DNA of 64,000 bases, from assembly GCA_965200965.1 (NCBI GenBank), contig OZ241744.1, forward strand, positions 1,920,001 to 1,984,000, given 5' to 3'. Origin of the DNA: an uncultured Candidatus Binatia bacterium (lineage in GTDB: Bacteria; Desulfobacterota; Binatia; Bin18). The translations under genes and the position numbers were made by a program. Below the pieces are notes generated by a model. It saw only the letters and a list, made by a program, of their open reading frames with translations, had not been told where the DNA came from and did no database searches. Below, in pieces: positions 1 through 12,244 of the stretch; the first letter of the stretch is position 1; each line of letters starts with the position of its first letter.

Positions 1-1208
1 GCTGCCATCAGAAGCCGCTCCTCTGGAACCGCGCACAACGCCTCACTCAAATGCTGACGCTTGATATGCCCCATCGTTGTCGCCTTCCCCGCAGCAATAG
101 CCTGGAAGGCGGCCAGATGACCCCGCAGGCAAGGCAGCAAAAACCACTGCGGAAATCTCGGCGAAGTCACCTTGAACAGATGTTGGTTCAGAGCGGCTCG
201 TCCTCCGTACCAGACCTGCACCAGGAGGCTGCCCGACCAAGAGAAGATGATATCTCCATCGTCAATCACACAGTCAGGCGCAAGCTTGGCCGTAGCCCAT
301 TCTCCGCTATCCGCCGTCCCGCTTCTCAGTTGGGCAATTTTCACCACAGGTAAACGGTCCTCGTCTTGCTGGGGTCTATATTGCTGGAGGGCAAGGCCGT
401 TCCGAAAGACGGCGATCTCGTCAAGGGGCTTGACCGTCCACCCGGCGGGAATCGGCCCCAATGCCGAGTCTACAAAGCGATCGGGGAATAAGGCTGCTAG
501 GGCCGGCTCCAGCCGGTCCAGATAGGCCCGGGCCCGGGCCACCGGCCATGCACTTCCCCCTGGAGACGCGCGTTGTGTGAGGGCGGCTTTGGCCTGCACG
601 GGATCAAAGTTGATGAACCACGAGGTGAACAGCGCTCGGGCCATCTCGTCAAGGGTGGCGTTCATGCGCCGGTTGAGGGCGATCTTGTCGTCGAGCGTGC
701 CCAGCAGGTGAGCGATGGCGCGCTGTTCAGGGAGAGGGGGTAGAGGAATCTGCCACTGGCTGAATGTCCGTGTCGTGATGGTCTCGAAGACAGTTCCATA
801 GTTCAGCACCCGCATTGCATCTGCCGTGCCCTTCAAGGCATAAAACAGAAAGTCGTTATCGAGACCATCGTGGGGGACAAGGGCATAACACGTCTGGTTA
901 AACGCCATATCTTGGCGAAGCTGAGCCAAAGCGCCCACCGTGCCGCGCGCGGTTATGATTACCGTGCCTTCAGGCATCCGTTTTGCCGAACTGGATTTCA
1001 GGCCCTTTTCTGTAATGTACTCGTGCGCTTGTTCCACATACCGGCCTGACGTGTTGGCGATATCTTTTGCCGTGACCCACGGAATGGTTCCACGCCAGTA
1101 TTCTGCTACACGGCGGCTCGGCGTCCCCCCTATCACGGCACTGGCAACTGCAGACACCCGCACTCTTTGCCACTCGTCCCGTATTCCCCCTTTCTGCGGC
1201 ACTACCAC
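1..1208 (-). CDS. hsdS: Type I restriction-modification specificity subunit (3' end runs off the window)
   Basis: Not in the ORF track. Manual translation from GTG 1208 (GAGG upstream) gives IRDEWQRV..GGTPSRRVAEYWRGTIPWVT..ARGTVG..FNQTCY..IPLPPLPEQRAIAHLLGTLDDKIALNRRMNATLDEMARALF..GPIPAGW..NQHLFKV, the two-TRD HsdS layout; the frame is consistent to base 1. Confidence 0.92.
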   Translation of the reverse strand, partial: MVVPQKGGIRDEWQRVRVSAVASAVIGGTPSRRVAEYWRGTIPWVTAKDIANTSGRYVEQAHEYITEKGLKSSSAKRMPEGTVIITARGTVGALAQLRQDMAFNQTCYALVPHDGLDNDFLFYALKGTADAMRVLNYGTVFETITTRTFSQWQIPLPPLPEQRAIAHLLGTLDDKIALNRRMNATLDEMARALFTSWFINFDPVQAKAALTQRASPGGSAWPVARARAYLDRLEPALAALFPDRFVDSALGPIPAGWTVKPLDEIAVFRNGLALQQYRPQQDEDRLPVVKIAQLRSGTADSGEWATAKLAPDCVIDDGDIIFSWSGSLLVQVWYGGRAALNQHLFKVTSPRFPQWFLLPCLRGHLAAFQAIAAGKATTMGHIKRQHLSEALCAVPEERLLMA

Positions 1209-1333
1209 GCTTTTTCCTCATCTTCGCCCGGGGCATCTCCGCTCCTCTCGCCGCTGAGAGACTTGGAGGGGCTACCCTCTGGCCTGTCTTAGCCGATCGG
1301 AGAGGAGGCCGCCAGGGGAAGGACAGGGCCAAG

Positions 1334-2764
<1,431 letters not shown>

Positions 2765-2785
2765 AGTCGGTCTTGCCTCCGCCCC

Positions 2786-4015
2786 TTATTCGGCCGCCGG
2801 CTCTTGGGCCGACCTGGCGCTGGCCTGCGTCCGCTCGCCCTCTTCCTTGGACAGAAAAGCCCGGAAACTCGGCCAGATGTCTTCCTTGCGTTCGATGAGG
2901 ACCGTCTGGTAGTTGTCGGCTTGGAGGCGGCGGAAGATAGTGAGCATTGAGCTTTCGTAGTAGCGTGAGCCCAGGGGTTTGATCTCCCCGTAGCCAAACA
3001 GGTTACACAGCTCGCACAGCTCCTGGGCGGCTCTGAGCGTGGCTGGGTTGTCGGACTCAAAATTGTCCCCGTCCGAGCAGTGAAAGGCGTAGACATTCCA
3101 CAGGCTGGGGTGATAGCGCTCCTGGATGATCTCGATGGCTTTGGTATAGCCCGAAGAAATAAACGTTCCGCCCGACTCGCCTTTGTAGAAGAACTCGTCT
3201 TCAGTGACCTCGCGGCCCTCGGTATGGTGAGCCACAAAGGCGAGTTCGACCTTGTCGTACTTGGTGCTTACGAATTGGTAGAGCAAAAAAAAGAAACTGC
3301 GGGCCAGGTACTTCTTCATCGTGTCCATAGACCCCGAGGTGTCCATGATGCACACCACCGCCGCGTTTGAGTCGGGACGGACATCCTCAACGAGGTGGCG
3401 GTAGGTCAGATCATCGGTATGAAACGGAAAGCGCTGTTCGGGGTCCCAGTCGGTCTTGCCGTCGCGCCGCATCACCGCTACCTTGCGCCGAATGCGGGCC
3501 ATTGCCGTCCGTCGCTTATCGAGCCGGACCCGCACCCCCATCTTGCGGAAGCCCTTGCGTTTGCTGACCCGCTCGGATGGAATTTCCCGCAGGGTCTTGC
3601 GTTCGAGGTCGGGCAGTTCGAGGTCTTCAAACATGATGTCGATCAGTTCTTCGAGCGTCACATCGGTCTCATAATAATCAACCCCGGCCTGATCCCCGGC
3701 CTGGCCTTCGCCCGGCCCCCGACCCTCGCCGTTTGCCTTGCCGACCACTTGGCCGGGTTGGGAGTTGCCGTCACCCTGTCCGACACCGGGCGTGTTTTCG
3801 CCGTAGATGAAGCGGTACTCCTTCATCCCCCGGATCGGGACTTTGATGATCTTGTCCTTGTTTTTGCCGATGATGGACTCCTCGGCGATCAGGTCGGCGA
3901 TATTCTCCCGGACCGCCTCACGGACCTTCTGACGGTGGCGTTGGCGGTCTGTCGCACTTCGGTCAGACCGCAGGGAGTCGGAGGATGAGTAGGGACGAAA
4001 GATGGTGTCTGACAT
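2786..4015 (-). CDS. yeaH: YeaH/YhbH (DUF444) vWA-domain protein
   Basis: MIDAS-like MDTSGSM, GESGGTFISS, HCSDGDN; lies between prkA and spoVR. Confidence 0.93.
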   Translation of the reverse strand: MSDTIFRPYSSSDSLRSDRSATDRQRHRQKVREAVRENIADLIAEESIIGKNKDKIIKVPIRGMKEYRFIYGENTPGVGQGDGNSQPGQVVGKANGEGRGPGEGQAGDQAGVDYYETDVTLEELIDIMFEDLELPDLERKTLREIPSERVSKRKGFRKMGVRVRLDKRRTAMARIRRKVAVMRRDGKTDWDPEQRFPFHTDDLTYRHLVEDVRPDSNAAVVCIMDTSGSMDTMKKYLARSFFFLLYQFVSTKYDKVELAFVAHHTEGREVTEDEFFYKGESGGTFISSGYTKAIEIIQERYHPSLWNVYAFHCSDGDNFESDNPATLRAAQELCELCNLFGYGEIKPLGSRYYESSMLTIFRRLQADNYQTVLIERKEDIWPSFRAFLSKEEGERTQASARSAQEPAAE

Positions 4016-4045
4016 GGTGTTCCACCCCCGGCCGCAGTGGGCGGC

Positions 4046-5980
4046 TCAGTCCTTCCACAAGTGGTTCGCCGCGTACTTCAGCACAATATCAACGCTGTCC
4101 TCGGGGTAGCCGAGTTCAATCAGCCGTTGGACCATAGCGTCGTGCTTGTGTTGCTGCTCCTGGTCTCGGGTCCGGGCCTTGGTAATGACCCGGCTGATAT
4201 CCCGGACCGAGCCCATCAGTTTTTTCTCGATCGCGTCCTTGAGCGGCTCATAACTCTCGTACGTCACCCGATCTCCGCGCCGTGACGAGGCCCAGAGATA
4301 GGCGATCACCTCCTGCCGAAAACCGTCCGCGGCCGAGCCGATGATGGCGATCTGCTCTTCTATGGACTTCAGAAAGCCCTCGTCTGGAAGCAGTTCTTCT
4401 CTGGTGTTGCGATCCATGACCTTTGTCTGGTTCACATATGCCTCGGCATGATCGAGGTAGTTCTGGAAGAGCGTTTCGGCCTGCTCCTGATAGGAATAGA
4501 CAAACGCCTTGGTGATCTCCTTCTCGAGCAGCTCGAGATACTCCTTGTGAATCACGTCTTGCAGGAATTCAAGATACTGCTTGCGGGTATCGTCCGAGGT
4601 GTCCATCGCCTTGACCATGCGGATCAGGGCTTCGCGGACGCTGATCGGATTGATTGACGAGCCCCCTTCGGACAGCGCGTTGTCGAGCGCCTTCATAATG
4701 AAACGGGTCGAGATCCCGAACATGCCCTCGCGCTTGGCATCCTCGCGCAATTCCTTGACCGTGATTTTCTTGGTCCGCCCCTTCTCCACCACTTCTTCCC
4801 CGTTATACAGGTGCAGCTTGGTCATCAGATCGCACTTTGCCGATGGTTCAAGACGCGAAAGAATGGCGAACATGGCCGCCACCTCCAGGGTATGCGGCGC
4901 GATGCTGGCCCGAAAGTCCGAGTTGTGCAGCATCTTCTGGTAGATCTTGACCTCTTCGGACAGACGCAGATTGTAGGGAACCTTGACCACCACGATCCGG
5001 TCCAGGATCGCCTCGTTGGTATGGTCGGCCTTGAACTTCTGCCACTCGGCCTCGTTGGAGTGGGCAACAATGACCGTGTCCACATACACGGTGCCGTGAC
5101 GGCCCGGCGCGGGAACAAACTTCTCCTGGGTGGCCGTAATCATGGCATGCAGGTATTCGGTCTCGTTTTTGAAGACCTCAATGAACTCCACCATGCCCCG
5201 GTTGCCGACATTGAAGGCCCCGTTGAGTTCCAGCACACGCGGGTCGCCCTCGGAGTAGCGGTCGAGCTTGGAAATGTCCTCCGAGCCGATCAGCACTGAG
5301 GTGTCCTGGTTATTCGGGTCAACCGGCGGCACGATACCGATGCCGCGGCGGTTGCGTTTTGAAAACCCGACCGTGGTCACCGACATCTTCTCATAGGCGT
5401 TGTTGAACTCCTCGCGCAGCCGCCATCGGGTGACCGGACACAGGTCACCCTCAATCCGCACATCAAGCATTTTTTCAAACTCTTGACGCAGATGCCGGGG
5501 GATCAGGAGCAGCGGTTCTTCAAACATCGGAGAGCTCTCAATCGTATAGATGGGATCAAGGCTCTCGAGTCCCCGCTGCAATTTTTCGACCAGCGAGCTT
5601 TTACCCGCCCCGACCGGTCCCATCAGATACAGGACTTGACGGTTCTCTTCGCCCCGCATGGCCGCGGACTGAAAGTAGCGGACAATCTCGGCCAGCGTTT
5701 CTTCAATGCCGAAGAATTCGTCCTTAAAGAAATTGTACACTTTCAGGGACTCGTCTTTGAATAAACGACGGATGCGAGGGTCAGCGGTGTCGCTGATATC
5801 CGTCGCCCCCTCACGCTGGATCATGTCGTAGATGCGAGCGTGGGCGTGCTTGACGACAGAAGGGTCTTCTCTGACCTTTTCCAGATAGTCAATAAAGGTC
5901 CCGCTCCAGTGCTTGCTCTCGCGGTTCTCACGGTCTTCTCTGATCAGTCGCTCAAACGCATGCTTGCTGTTCTCATCCAT
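4046..5980 (-). CDS. prkA: PrkA/YeaG family AAA+ serine protein kinase
   Basis: Walker A GPVGAGKS, GNRGMVEFIEVFK, HSNEAEW; ATG 5980 follows a GGGGGGTGGAG SD-like tract. Confidence 0.95.
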   Translation of the reverse strand: MDENSKHAFERLIREDRENRESKHWSGTFIDYLEKVREDPSVVKHAHARIYDMIQREGATDISDTADPRIRRLFKDESLKVYNFFKDEFFGIEETLAEIVRYFQSAAMRGEENRQVLYLMGPVGAGKSSLVEKLQRGLESLDPIYTIESSPMFEEPLLLIPRHLRQEFEKMLDVRIEGDLCPVTRWRLREEFNNAYEKMSVTTVGFSKRNRRGIGIVPPVDPNNQDTSVLIGSEDISKLDRYSEGDPRVLELNGAFNVGNRGMVEFIEVFKNETEYLHAMITATQEKFVPAPGRHGTVYVDTVIVAHSNEAEWQKFKADHTNEAILDRIVVVKVPYNLRLSEEVKIYQKMLHNSDFRASIAPHTLEVAAMFAILSRLEPSAKCDLMTKLHLYNGEEVVEKGRTKKITVKELREDAKREGMFGISTRFIMKALDNALSEGGSSINPISVREALIRMVKAMDTSDDTRKQYLEFLQDVIHKEYLELLEKEITKAFVYSYQEQAETLFQNYLDHAEAYVNQTKVMDRNTREELLPDEGFLKSIEEQIAIIGSAADGFRQEVIAYLWASSRRGDRVTYESYEPLKDAIEKKLMGSVRDISRVITKARTRDQEQQHKHDAMVQRLIELGYPEDSVDIVLKYAANHLWKD

Positions 5981-6137
5981 CTCCACCCCCCCTAAACGCT
6001 GGTGAATGCTCATGTCCGTTCTCGGCGTCTCTCTTACCACCACTTAGCATAGCGGGAGAGGATTACCAGAGCGGGCAAGCGGCCCAGGAGGCAAATTTTC
6101 TCGCTACGATGGGGCTGGCACAAGACCCCAGTGAAGG

Positions 6138-6209
6138 TGGTCCCAACGGGACTCGAACCCGTGCTACCGACATGAGAGGCCGGCGTCCTGACCGCTAGAC
6201 GATGGGACC
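6138..6209 (-). tRNA. tRNA-Glu(CTC)
   Basis: GGTCCCA/TGGGACC acceptor stem, anticodon arm CCGGC-ctCTCat-GTCGG, GGTTCGAGTCC T-arm; CCA not encoded. Confidence 0.95.
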
Positions 6210-6215
6210 GGGAAG

Positions 6216-6288
6216 CTGAGGTGGTAGGACTCGAACCTACAATCGCCTGATCCAGAGTCAGGTGGCTTACCAATTAGCCCACACCTCA
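6216..6288 (-). tRNA. tRNA-Gln(CTG)
   Basis: TGAGGTG/CACCTCA acceptor stem, CCTGA-ctCTGga-TCAGG anticodon arm, GGTTCGAGTCC. Confidence 0.95.
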
Positions 6289-6322
6289 ACAAGCCAGAAA
6301 ATAAAGAACCGCTGAGCCAAAG

Positions 6323-7741
6323 TCAAGCCGAAACCTGCCCTTTTCCGGTCCCCAGGGTCGTCAGGGCAGTATCCAGACGGGCCAGCGTTTGGCCCTGACC
6401 CAGAGCAGCCATCACCTCGAAAATCCCGGGACTGGCCGTCCCGCCGGTCAGCGCCACTCGCACCGGTTGGGCAATTTTACCCAGCTTGAGACCGAGGTCT
6501 TGCATCAGACCGCTGAAGATGAGATGCAGGCCCTGTTCGGTCCAGTCCGGAGCCTGGCTGAGCCGGCAGCGAACCTGTTCAAGGACGGCTACGCCATCTG
6601 GCGTCAGAAATTTTTTGCGCGCCTTTTCCTCAAACGTCACCTTCCCGGTGAGATAAAAATGCGCCGCAGCCGCCAGCTCGCTCAAGGTTTTGGCTCGGGG
6701 CTGGATCGTCTTCAGCATCCGCCCGAGCCGCTCGTCGTCGGGCAAGTCATAACCTTTCAGGAAGGGTTTCACCTCTTGGCTGAGTTGGGCCAACGGGCGG
6801 GCCTGCTGGTACTGAAAATTGAGCCATTCCAATTTCTCGGCGTTAAACACCCCGGCCGATTTGCCGACATCGGCAAGGCGGAATGTATTGATCAACTCAG
6901 CCCGCGAGAACACTTCGTCGTCGCCGTGTGACCAGCCTAAGCGAGCAAGAAAATTGACCAAAGCGTCAGGCAGATAGCCCATCTCACGATAGGCCCGCAC
7001 CGCGGTGGCCCCGTGCCGTTTGCTGAGCCGGACCCGGTCGGGGCCGAGAATCAGGGGCAGGTGGGCAAAGGCCGGCGGAGCGGCATCCAGGGCTTGAAAA
7101 ATCAGGACTTGGCGTGGGGTATTGGTCAGGTGATCGTCCCCACGTACGATATGGCTGATCCGCAGGTCGGCATCGTCACAGACGGAACAGAAGTTATAGG
7201 TCGGCGAGCCGTCCGAACGAACCAGGATCAGGTCGTCAAGTTCCTGATTCTGAAAAACGACCCGGCCCTTGATGATGTCATCAACGACCGTCTGCCCTTC
7301 TTTGGGTCCCTTGAAACGGACTGTAAACGGCCGCCGGTCGCCCGGTTGAGGAGTGGCGGTGCGACACGTCCCGTCGTAAGCCGGCTGGCGGCCCGCGGCC
7401 AGGGCGGCTTGGCGTTTGGCCTGTAAATCTTGTGGCGTGCAGTAGCAGCGGTAGGCTTTGGCCTGACGCAGCAAGCGATCGCCAGCCTCGTGATACAGGG
7501 CCGTGCGCTGGCTCTGAAAATAGGGGCCTTCATCGCCGTCCAGCCCAAGCCAGAGCAGCGCATCCAGGATATCGGCCTGAAATTCCGGGGTTGAGCGTTG
7601 CCGGTCGGTATCGTCAATACGCAGCACGAACGTACCACCATGTTCTTTGGCGGCCAGATAGGCGAACAACGCGGTACGCGCGCCGCCGATGTGCAGACAG
7701 CCAGTTGGACTAGGGGCAAAACGTGAACGAACCGTTGTCAT
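6323..7741 (-). CDS. gltX: Glutamate--tRNA ligase
   Basis: RFAPSPTG, HIGG, LSKR class I motifs; YRCYC. Confidence 0.97.
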   Translation of the reverse strand: MTTVRSRFAPSPTGCLHIGGARTALFAYLAAKEHGGTFVLRIDDTDRQRSTPEFQADILDALLWLGLDGDEGPYFQSQRTALYHEAGDRLLRQAKAYRCYCTPQDLQAKRQAALAAGRQPAYDGTCRTATPQPGDRRPFTVRFKGPKEGQTVVDDIIKGRVVFQNQELDDLILVRSDGSPTYNFCSVCDDADLRISHIVRGDDHLTNTPRQVLIFQALDAAPPAFAHLPLILGPDRVRLSKRHGATAVRAYREMGYLPDALVNFLARLGWSHGDDEVFSRAELINTFRLADVGKSAGVFNAEKLEWLNFQYQQARPLAQLSQEVKPFLKGYDLPDDERLGRMLKTIQPRAKTLSELAAAAHFYLTGKVTFEEKARKKFLTPDGVAVLEQVRCRLSQAPDWTEQGLHLIFSGLMQDLGLKLGKIAQPVRVALTGGTASPGIFEVMAALGQGQTLARLDTALTTLGTGKGQVSA

Positions 7742-7747
7742 GGCCGA

Positions 7748-7777
7748 ACGCTAACAGGCAGCTGAGGAGTGCGTCAA
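7748..7777 (-). promoter_or_regulatory. Sigma70-like promoter of gltX (probably leaderless)
   Basis: TTGACG-18 nt-TAGCGT with a TG extension, 6 nt before the ATG; no SD. Confidence 0.6.
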
Positions 7778-7850
7778 CGCCGGCCGGACAGGAAACTTCC
7801 TACAGGGGTTTGAGTTCTGTGGTATCATCAGCTATGCTCCCGGCCAGACC

Positions 7851-7923
7851 GAGCCGATAGCTCAGTCGGTAGAGCATCTGCCTTTTAAGCAGAGGGTCCC
7901 GGGTTCGAGCCCCGGTCGGCTCA
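7851..7923 (+). tRNA. tRNA-Lys(TTT)
   Basis: GAGCCGA/TCGGCTC acceptor stem, TCTGC-ctTTTaa-GCAGA, GGTTCGAGCCC. Confidence 0.96.
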
Positions 7924-7947
7924 CTCCCTCTATCCGTCCCTCCACAT

Positions 7948-8022
<75 letters not shown>

Positions 8023-8032
8023 TCCCGCCCTG

Positions 8033-8575
8033 TCAGCCCAGCCTTTTGGCCACCTCGGCCAAGCGCGGCGCGCGGCGGTCCTTGTCCGACACAATCGGCT
8101 CCGCAACAGGCCAGTCAATACCAATTTCAGGATCGTTCCAGACAATCCCGATTTCGTCGCTCGGGTCGTGGAAGTCCGTACATTTATAGACCACCTCGGC
8201 GCTCTGGCTGAGCACACAAAAGCCGTGGGCAAAGCCGGGCGGCACATAGGCTTGGCGGAAATTTTGGGCGGACAGCCGTAGCCCGACCCAGCGCCCAAAT
8301 GTGGCTGAGCGGGGACGGATATCGACCGCAACGTCAAAAATCTCGCCCTGAATCACGCGCACCAGCTTGCCCTGTGGATGCCGCCTTTGAGCGTGCAGGC
8401 CACGCAGGGTGTTGTGTCGCGAGCGGGAATGATTATCCTGGACGAAGATCGCGGGAATGCTCGCCTCGGCATATTTGCGGGCGTGGTAGGTTTCGAGGAA
8501 AAACCCTCGCTCGTCCTGGAAGACATCGGGCTCAACAACAAAGACCTCAGGCAGAGCGGTGGAATAGACTTTCAT
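8033..8575 (-). CDS. rfbC: dTDP-4-dehydrorhamnose 3,5-epimerase
   Basis: [31 protein letters not shown]; start moved to MKVYST. Confidence 0.96.
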   Translation of the reverse strand: MKVYSTALPEVFVVEPDVFQDERGFFLETYHARKYAEASIPAIFVQDNHSRSRHNTLRGLHAQRRHPQGKLVRVIQGEIFDVAVDIRPRSATFGRWVGLRLSAQNFRQAYVPPGFAHGFCVLSQSAEVVYKCTDFHDPSDEIGIVWNDPEIGIDWPVAEPIVSDKDRRAPRLAEVAKRLG

Positions 8576-8736
8576 TGAGCGCCCTTCGCGCGGCTCCAAC
8601 TCCAGGACCTGATGTACGCGAAATCCGGACCGGAGGAAAGACCGCTGGCTTGCCTTCTGCCCTCCAAGCCGTATACAAAACGTGATGGGTCGGCCTTGCC
8701 GCTGTGTTCCATACACCGTCCAGAAAAGGAAGAGCC

Positions 8737-11451
8737 ATGCCGCATAATCTTTTTAGTAGCTTGCAAACTTTCGAGCTGGGAAACGGTCAGACGGCTCAGT
8801 TGTACTCTTTGCCCCAGCTGGAACACGAGGGCATCGGGCACATCTCGCGCCTGCCAATCAGCATTCGCATTGTGCTCGAATCGGTGCTGCGCAACTACGA
8901 CGGGACGCGCATTGAGGAGCGCGATGTGCGCAATGTCGCCGGCTGGGGCCCGAACGATACCCGGACCGCAGAAATTCCGTTCACCGTTGCCCGGATTGTC
9001 TTGCAGGATTTTACCGGCGTGCCCCTGCTGGTTGACTTGGCTGCCATGCGCTCAGCGGTTGCCAAGCTGGGCAAAGACCCGAAACTGATTGAGCCGCTGG
9101 TGCCGGTCGATCTGGTCGTTGACCACTCGATCCAGGTTGATTATGCCGGTGTTGGCAACGCCCTGCAGCGGAATATGCAGAAAGAATTTGAGCGCAATCA
9201 GGCGCGCTATCAATTCCTCAAATGGGGGATGCAAGCTTTTGACAGCTTTAAGGTCGTGCCCCCCGGCATCGGCATCGTCCACCAGGTCAATCTCGAATAC
9301 CTGGCCAAGGGAGTGCTGGAAAAAGACGGGGTATATTACCCGGATACGCTGGTCGGGACCGACTCGCACACCACGATGATCAACGGTCTGGGTGTGGTCG
9401 GTTGGGGTGTTGGTGGCATTGAGGCTGAAGCCGGCATGCTGGGACAGCCGGTCTACTTCCTGACCCCGGATGTCGTGGGCGTGCATATGACGGGGTCGCT
9501 GCGGGAAGGCGTGACCGCAACCGACCTGGTGCTCCACTGCACCGAGATGCTGCGAGCGGCAAAAGTCGTGGGCAAGTTTGTCGAGTTCCACGGAGAAGGA
9601 GCGGCCCAGCTACCGCTGACCGACCGCGCCACCATTGCCAATATGGCCCCGGAATATGGCGCAACCATGGGCTTTTTCCCTGTTGATGAAGAGACCTGTC
9701 GCTATCTCGAAGCAACCGGTCGAAGCGAGGAGCAGGTCAGCGCGTTTCGGCGCTACTTCCAGGCCCAAGACATGTTCGGCATTCCAGGCAAAGATCAGTG
9801 TGCCTATAGCCAAGTCCTGGAACTCAATCTGGCCGATGTGCAGCCGGCGGTGGCCGGTCCGAAACGTCCCCAGGATCGGCTCAACCTGCCAGACCTCAAA
9901 CAGACCTTTCGCGACCTGTTTCAGAAGCCGGCCAGTGAAAGCGGCTATGATAAGTCGCCAGACGACCTTGACAAACGCTATCCAGTCAGCAGCTCGGCTT
10001 CTCCAGGCGGGCCGGTCGATATCGGCCACGGCGATGTGCTGATTGCGGCCATTACCTCATGCACCAATACCTCAAACCCGAGCGTCATGCTGGCGGCCGG
10101 CCTCGTAGCCAAAAAAGCGGTCGAAAAAGGCTTGACACTCCGCCCAACGGTCAGAGCGTCTTTAGGCCCAGGTTCGCGCGTGGTCACCGCATACCTGGAA
10201 AAAACCGGGCTCCAGACCTATCTGGATCAGCTGGGCTTTCATCTGGTCGGCTACGGCTGCACCACCTGTATCGGCAATTCGGGCCCGCTCGACCCCGATA
10301 TTGAGGCTACGGTGACGACAAACGACCTCATCACCGCCAGCGTATTGAGCGGTAATCGGAACTTTGAGGCGCGGGTGCATCAGAATATCAAGACCAATTT
10401 TCTGATGAGCCCGCCCCTGGTCGTGGCCTTTGCGTTGGCCGGCCAAGTCGATATTGACCTGAACACCGAGCCGCTGGGCAGCGGCACCGATGGTCAGCCG
10501 GTCTATCTGCGCGACCTGTGGCCGAGTTCCTCAGAAATCCAGGCTTTGATCCAGGCCGCGCGCGAGCCTCACACATATCGCGGTTTGTACGCCGACCTCA
10601 ATGCTGACAACCCCTTGTGGAACGATATCTCCAGCACCACCGGCAATCTGTACGACTGGGACTCGGCTTCAACTTATATTCAAGAGCCACCGTTCTTTGA
10701 GGCGTTTGGACTTGAGCCTGGTACCATCAGCACGATCAGAGGTGCCCGGCCGCTGGCCGTGTTGGGTGATTCGGTCACCACCGACCACATCAGTCCGGCC
10801 GGGGCGATCAAACCAACCTCGCCCGCCGGTCAGTATCTGCAAGACAACGGGGTCGGCATCCCAGATTTTAACAGCTACGGCTCACGGCGGGGCAATGACC
10901 GGGTGATGACCCGGGGCACATTTGCGAATGTCCGGATTAGGAACCTGATGGTACCGGGCTCTGAAGGCGGGGTGACCCAGTACTACGCCAACGGCACCGG
11001 CCAGCAGATGGACATCTATGACGCCGCTGTCCAATATCAGGCCACCGGTACGCCGCTGGTCGTCATTGCCGGCCAAGAATATGGGACGGGCAGCTCACGC
11101 GACTGGGCGGCCAAGGGCACAGCCCTGCTTGGAGTGAGGGTGGTGATTGCCCAGAGTTTTGAGCGAATTCATCGGAGTAACCTGGTCGGCATGGGCGTGT
11201 TGCCATGTCAGTTCAAAGACGGCACCAGCGCCCAGTCGCTGCGGCTGGACGGCAGTGAGACCTTTGATCTGACAGGCATCGCCGACGACCTCAGACCCCG
11301 GCAAGACGCAACACTGACAATCCACCGGGCGAGTGGAGAAAGTCAAGACCTTACGGTAAGCGTCCGGATCGATACGCCAATAGAAGTCGAATACTATCGG
11401 CACGGCGGGATTCTGCACTATGTGCTACGGCAGTTGATCAGCCGGGTCTAG
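8737..11451 (+). CDS. acnA: Aconitate hydratase A
   Basis: [53 protein letters not shown]. Confidence 0.97.
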   Translation: MPHNLFSSLQTFELGNGQTAQLYSLPQLEHEGIGHISRLPISIRIVLESVLRNYDGTRIEERDVRNVAGWGPNDTRTAEIPFTVARIVLQDFTGVPLLVDLAAMRSAVAKLGKDPKLIEPLVPVDLVVDHSIQVDYAGVGNALQRNMQKEFERNQARYQFLKWGMQAFDSFKVVPPGIGIVHQVNLEYLAKGVLEKDGVYYPDTLVGTDSHTTMINGLGVVGWGVGGIEAEAGMLGQPVYFLTPDVVGVHMTGSLREGVTATDLVLHCTEMLRAAKVVGKFVEFHGEGAAQLPLTDRATIANMAPEYGATMGFFPVDEETCRYLEATGRSEEQVSAFRRYFQAQDMFGIPGKDQCAYSQVLELNLADVQPAVAGPKRPQDRLNLPDLKQTFRDLFQKPASESGYDKSPDDLDKRYPVSSSASPGGPVDIGHGDVLIAAITSCTNTSNPSVMLAAGLVAKKAVEKGLTLRPTVRASLGPGSRVVTAYLEKTGLQTYLDQLGFHLVGYGCTTCIGNSGPLDPDIEATVTTNDLITASVLSGNRNFEARVHQNIKTNFLMSPPLVVAFALAGQVDIDLNTEPLGSGTDGQPVYLRDLWPSSSEIQALIQAAREPHTYRGLYADLNADNPLWNDISSTTGNLYDWDSASTYIQEPPFFEAFGLEPGTISTIRGARPLAVLGDSVTTDHISPAGAIKPTSPAGQYLQDNGVGIPDFNSYGSRRGNDRVMTRGTFANVRIRNLMVPGSEGGVTQYYANGTGQQMDIYDAAVQYQATGTPLVVIAGQEYGTGSSRDWAAKGTALLGVRVVIAQSFERIHRSNLVGMGVLPCQFKDGTSAQSLRLDGSETFDLTGIADDLRPRQDATLTIHRASGESQDLTVSVRIDTPIEVEYYRHGGILHYVLRQLISRV

Positions 11452-11463
11452 GGAACACGCGAG

Positions 11464-12036
11464 CTAGCCCTTTTTCCGGCCCTGGGGGAAACGCTTATTG
11501 TGCTCTTCAATGACTTGGTCGGTCAGATCGATATCTTGCTTGCCGTATAAGACGACGGTGTTATTGCCCTCCAGAACAACCGTATATGCACCTTGTTCGC
11601 CTAGCTCAGCCACAATCTGTTGCAACTGGACCATGATCCGACTGGTCAGCTGCCGATCTTTGATCTTCAGATCTTCTTCGGCATCCTTATACCGCCGTTC
11701 AAAATCCCGCAGGCTCTGACGGTAGTCCTGTCCCAGTGCGTCACGTTCTTCCTCGCGGAGGACCATGACCTTCTTTTCCAGTTCATCCTTGAGCTTTTCG
11801 ACGCGCTCCCTCTGCTGCTGCAAACGGCGCTCTGAATTCTCGACCGCCTTCTTGAGTTGGTCTTGGGCCTTTTTGCCCGCCTCACACTCGGACATCGCCC
11901 GTACCAGATCGACATAGCCGATTTTTATGGGTGTCGGATCGTTCTGGCCCTCCTCCTGGGCTGCCCCTCCGATCGCGATCAGAAAAAAGGCAAAAGCCAA
12001 GATTATTGATGACAGTACAAAGGACAGCCGACGCAT
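11464..12036 (-). CDS. skp: OmpH/Skp periplasmic chaperone
   Basis: Signal peptide, KIGYVD, coiled coil, C-terminal DLTDQVI. Confidence 0.9.
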   Translation of the reverse strand: MRRLSFVLSSIILAFAFFLIAIGGAAQEEGQNDPTPIKIGYVDLVRAMSECEAGKKAQDQLKKAVENSERRLQQQRERVEKLKDELEKKVMVLREEERDALGQDYRQSLRDFERRYKDAEEDLKIKDRQLTSRIMVQLQQIVAELGEQGAYTVVLEGNNTVVLYGKQDIDLTDQVIEEHNKRFPQGRKKG

Positions 12037-12244
12037 GATATCCTCCTCCTCACACGAGACTTCTGAGCAACCTCGTAACTATAGCCCGCCAGGGCAGGGG
12101 CAGACAAGAACAGCACCGTTCTTTTTTATGAGGCCTGCCCCTCATCAGCCCAGGCCTCAGTTCCGCACCTTCCCTGTCCGCCTCTTGCCGCTGGGCTGCG
12201 TGGTGTGCTCCAAGTGGGGCTCAGACCCATGCGCAAGAACAGAG

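Noticed and set aside
8609-8640. Hammerhead-like CTGATG..GAAA upstream of acnA
   Set aside because: The core is CTGATGT rather than CTGATGA, and there is no proper stem II or NUH site; the region also holds a plausible promoter
8576-8736. N-terminal extensions in the ORF track (rfbC, acnA; similarly prkA, surE, mnmA, lexA, HAD, soxXA)
   Set aside because: The extensions lack family similarity, overlap neighbours or tRNAs, and better-placed starts lie downstream
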